Source of the DNA: Cladosporium halotolerans
Lineage: Eukaryota
Reading direction: 5' to 3'
Assembly: GCF_011745625.1 (NCBI RefSeq)
Contig: NW_027191469.1
Location: 372,001-436,000, forward strand
Length of the DNA stretch: 64,000 nt
Positions within the stretch are counted from its first letter, which is position 1, and each line of letters opens with the position of its first letter. Shown here one piece after another: positions 59,476-64,000 of the stretch. The position numbers were made by a program, and so were the translations under genes. Below the pieces are notes generated by a model. It saw only the letters and a program-made list of their open reading frames with translations. It searched no databases and had not been told where the DNA came from.

Positions 59476-61492
59476 AGATAATTGAGTTCCTCAGTTATAG
59501 CTATACATTTTCTTGTAATTCGTAGGTAATTCTATGGATGAATATTCAACAATCTGGCATTCCAAGTAAAAGAGAGTAGATTCAATCTAGACAAGATCGG
59601 ATAGGATGATAAAGATTACTGGAATGCTACTATTTTTGACAATACTTCGCGAATTAATTCATTAGCAAATTGAGCTGCGAGTTGTCTCACAGCTTGCCTC
59701 CTTTCGAGCATGATGGGATTCACGGAAGAGTCTGCACTGCCACCGCCGTCTCCAGACTACTACGAGCAGCCTTCCTTTTGAGATGCCATCACCTCCAAGC
59801 ATTGAAATATCTCCGATTCCACGTGCGGACTCGAAATATTGCCATGGCCTTCGGACTATCGAAGGGGTGGTTTTCACTCTGAATTGCAAGCCTTACCTCA
59901 AACTCGCTCCTTTCACAAATGTCTTTGACTCTGCGAGCGTATAAGAGGTCGCTACTATTGCCTCCGGCCTAGCGAAACGTGTTCCTTTCTCTAAGAGGGC
60001 CCAATTGCTTCCCATCCCTCTTCGAAGAATGGCAAAGACGACTCCAACTGCCATAGCGACGTACACGGAAAATACATCGGCGGCGGCGCGACGGAGAAGC
60101 ATCGGAGGCTGGACCTAAAGAACCGACCACCGCTTCGATGGCCCAAGATGGCCAGGACGATGAAGATCAACCCAATGAAGAACAATCGTGAATTGGTGGC
60201 TTCAGAGATCAGTGCATCCAGCTCAATGATCAATGAATGTGATATGCGTCGGTATAGAGCTCCTCTGACAGACTTGGACTGTTCCCAAGGACAAGTCCTT
60301 CACAGAATTGAAGGGCTGTCAGGTCAGCCACTCCTTTGATCACACTCACGATAGCATACAGCTGTCAAAATATAAGAGCACCTCGATTCCAGATGTCTCC
60401 AGGCCGAGGGAGAAATTTGTCCCGCAATCACCTTTGGTTCCTCCCCCAGCCTACTGCATATGGTGACTTTCAACAAGACAGAACACTGCTGGACCATTCA
60501 TCTTGAGCACTTGCAAACGATCAACGGAGGGCATTTCGAACTGCACACAATCCTGCAAGCAGCCGCTAGCGGTGTACCGACTGTGTCCAATCATTCGCCC
60601 GGCATCTGCGAGTGTCGATGGACAAGGCGATCCATCTGCCGGGCATACAGATGGAAACTGGCGCGCTGTGCCGACGTCCTTAAAGGGCTTTGCGAGCCTG
60701 AGCACCTATGCGGAAACGCTTTCACCTTCGTTGCATCAAGCCAATCAGACCGTTCCTCTGAGGGTGCTGACAGGAAGACTTCCATGGCTGCAGCGATAAA
60801 TATGGAGGACTAAGGCTGAACAGGCACAGGCAGCAAACGAACTTCCACCAGTACTGCAAAATTCGACAGATTTGAATGCTTTCTGGGCAGGATGCTAGCG
60901 TGACAGGGTGGCAACCTCCTCGGAGGCGCGGATCGACCGAAAGACACCAGCTAGTGGTGTAACGCGTTCTTCCCATGGTCTGCATTGTCTCCGGCAAACC
61001 AGCGAGGCGAAGACCAACTACGGAGTCAAAGCCTCTGCTAGGCAAACAACGTATACATGAGCCACCGCGTTCGCGCCTGCGATTAGTCTTGTCACCTCAG
61101 ACTCAATCCATTTCCTGTTGCGGGCTGTGAGGGCAGCCCTGCGGAAGGACGGGGTGGTGATTTGCTGATTGTGCGCGCGATCTGTGTTAGTCTGATATCG
61201 CTTTTGCATGTTTCACCTGCAACACAACAGTCCATCAGCGATTGGAACTGGAGACTTTGAGAGAAAGCCAGCGCAAGGTAATGAATAATGGTATAATGTC
61301 CGTTACATAACATGAAAGCAAGTCCGGGTCTCCAAGCGCACGGCAAATCCAGCTATGCGCGACCAGTCCGTCCCTCAAATCCGTCGACGAGCTTTGCCAA
61401 GCTCAACCTTATTAAAACTCCGCGAACGCCTCGCTGTGTGAATCGTATCCTGCTGTCCGCCGCATCTTTGAAGATGTTTCCATGGGAGGTGC

Positions 61493-63575
61493 CTAAGCAG
61501 CGGGAGGGCCTCCGGCATTCTCTCCACCGCCGGCGAGCTCCGTGTCGGCCTCGGCCTGAGCGTCCTCGGCGCTGCGCTCCATGATGCCTTCTTCACGCTT
61601 CTCGGCTGCTGCCTCTGACATCTCGACATCCTGACCAGCTGTTGATGCGGGAGGGGCGGTGCCGGTGGCGCCTGGTGCCTCGGTGGCTGGGACGTCTGCA
61701 TTGGGCGCGGGAGATTTTGGTGGGGTTCCAGTTTGGGCAGGTGTGGGCTCAGCGGGAGCTTCCGATGTGGTCTGCTCAGCGGGTGCAGATGTTTGGGGAG
61801 CTGGTGCTGGTGCATCGATTTGCATCTCATCGTTTGAAGGTTCGTCGCCGGCGCCAGCAGAGGACTTTTCGCTCGCAGTCACATCGGGCTTAGTCTCCAG
61901 AGCCGGAGACTTGGAAGCTGCCTTTGCCTCAAGCAAGCTTTCTTGGGCTGCTGCATTCGCCGCGCGGGTGTCATGTGTGCCATCAAGCGCGGTTGTGTCG
62001 TTGCCAGAGGTCTGTGCATCACCGTTAAGACTCCTGGCATCGTCGTCCATGGGAGTGTTTGTGCCACTCTCATCGGCTGGCGCGTGTGGGTTCTGGTAGT
62101 CCATGATACCGCGGCGTTTCCGGCGGCCGGGCTGGACTTTGACGCCATTCGCCTCCGCCATCTCTTCGTCTTCAGACTCGCTCAATTCATCCTCGCGCTC
62201 GGTCTTCTTGTCCCAGGCACGTTGCGTGTAACGGCGGTCTTTGTTCGTCTCGTCGTCGGCATCTTCATCGTCAAGGCGAGCTTCCTCTTCGTCAAGGGTC
62301 TCGTCCATGCCGACATCTCCGCGAGGTACTTCTTGCATCTGAACGGAAGGCACGGCTTGAGTTCTTCGAAGATTCTCCAGGACAGTCTGCTTGATCTTCT
62401 CCAGATATTCAGGGCTGTTCGCGTTGTCCATATTGCTGGGCTTTACGTCGAGCTCGAAGTCCGGTGCGTAGTACTCATAGTAGTCGGTGAAGGGAAGATC
62501 GGAACGCATATCCTGTCCAACGAGCTGGCCAGTCTCAAAGGCCCAGGTACGGGCGACGTTGCGCATGGTGTATCCACCGCCGCCGAGGACCAAAGTTGGC
62601 AACCCAAAAGACTTGACGAAGTTGACACAGTTTGCATGACCACGCATGGACAAGTTGAAGCAACCCAACCTGTCGCCCGAAAGGGAGTCACCACCGCACT
62701 GAAGCACGACTGCAGTCGGCTTGTAGTATTCCATGACGCCATTGATCACAGGTTCAAAGATGCTCTTGTAACTGGTGTCGTTGATGCCGTCACGGAGCGG
62801 GAAGTTGACAGCGTGATGCTTTCCGTTGCTAACGCCGATGTCCCTAAGTTCGCCAGTGCCAGGGAAGTACTCTCCGTATTTGTGGAAGGAAACGGTCATG
62901 ACGCGATCGGTGCTGTAGAAGGCTTCTTCCACACCATCACCATGGTGCACATCGATGTCAATGTAGAGCACACGCGGGTGAAAACGAAGAAGCTCGATGA
63001 TGCCTAGAACAATATCTGATAAATGTTAGCCAATGACCGACAGAAATCGCAATGAAGCTCAGCAACATACCGTTGATGTAACAGAAGCCGCTCGCTTCGC
63101 TCTTTTTAGCGTGATGCAGGCCGCCAGCCCAGTTGACAGCGATGTCGCATTTGCCGCGGTTCAACCTTGCAGCGCCCTCCATGCTTCCACCCGCGCTGAT
63201 GCCACAGAATTCAAATAAACCGTCGAACACCGGACAATCATCACCGACGTTGTATTTGCCTTGCTCCTTGCCGAAGTTATCCATGTTGTCAGGTGTGACG
63301 CGCTGCAAGAAGTCGACGTACTCGTCGGTGTGGAACTGTGTCATCTCGTACTTGGAGGCTGGTTTGGCGCGATAGATCTCGAGGTTCTTGTACAGCCCGT
63401 AGTTCATGATAAGCGAGTGGGCCATTCGTATGCGATGAGGCTTCATGGGGTGGCCGGCATTGTAAGCATAGTTGCCGACATCGCTGTCGTAGAAGTAGGC
63501 GACCTTCTTTGGCTGCGAAGATGCAGCGTTGATGCCAGCACCAGGTGCATCCAAGGGCGCAAGAGAGTTGGCCAT
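61493..63575 (-). CDS. RPD3: class I histone deacetylase Rpd3, spliced
   Basis: [27 protein letters not shown]. Intron 63016-63070 (GTATGT..GCTAAC..CAG) gives YIND-IVLG. Also [30 protein letters not shown] and an acidic tail. Confidence 0.97.
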
Positions 63576-64000
63576 GATTGTGAAATAATCTGAGGAATCA
63601 AAATCCGTGCTGGACTAGCTGTCGTCTTCAAGAGGACGTGAAGCTGTCACAGAGCTCGTTGTCGCGTCAATGCAGTTGAAAGTCGATGTTGTAAGATTGA
63701 CAGAGGCAGGAGGAGATTATTTGCTGTAGTCCCCTCACATGCCCGAAACGTAAGAGATCAATGCGTCCTCAGCGACTGAGAATGGTTCTGGGTATGCGAT
63801 CGTGGGTGTGGTTAAAGTGTGCGATGGAAGCGGTTTGAGACGGATTGATCGCGGCGCAGATGTCCAGAGCTGGGGCGCGGAGAGCGATGGTAGGGAAGCT
63901 CTGCCGAGCAAAGTGCGGAACAGGCCCGGCGGAGCTTTGACGCAGACCGGAGGTCGCGTTGTCTCTAAGCACATGGGCATCATCATCATCAAGCACGACT

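Noticed and set aside
60460..60813. 117-aa ORF downstream of a TATA-like sequence
   Set aside because: No recognisable motif or codon bias, and an upstream ATG is out of frame; insufficient support.
61943..63007. 354-aa plus-strand ORF
   Set aside because: Antisense shadow of RPD3.

Overview
Eukaryotic, gene-dense fungal DNA. The short GT-AG introns with CTRAC branch points and the protein families point to a filamentous ascomycete, probably a Dothideomycete (inference). About 21 protein-coding genes are supported. Housekeeping genes include VIP1/Asp1, UTP21, an Srk1/Rck2-type CAMK, MTC1, RPD3, a COX14-domain protein, a nucleolar RRM protein, a C2H2 factor, an SDR, MAPEG, DUF3405 and DUF2458. 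Two accessory-looking blocks stand out. (i) ~26.1-33.1 kb holds a secreted Pro-repeat protein and a protein whose N-terminal domain aligns by eye, motif by motif, with CD38/ADP-ribosyl cyclase and is fused to a Gln-rich tandem-repeat tail. (ii) ~48-61 kb holds a small Cys-rich secreted protein, decayed coding-like DNA and a 1151-aa protein with 8 copies of an unrecognised HxGxG[RWY] module. That gene is bracketed on both sides by co-oriented, related tandem arrays (~130-bp and ~106-bp units) sharing an AGCTGCTACCATC...GGAGAG core. Family assignments come from remembered motifs, not database searches. No tRNA, rRNA, CRISPR array or intact transposase was recognised.
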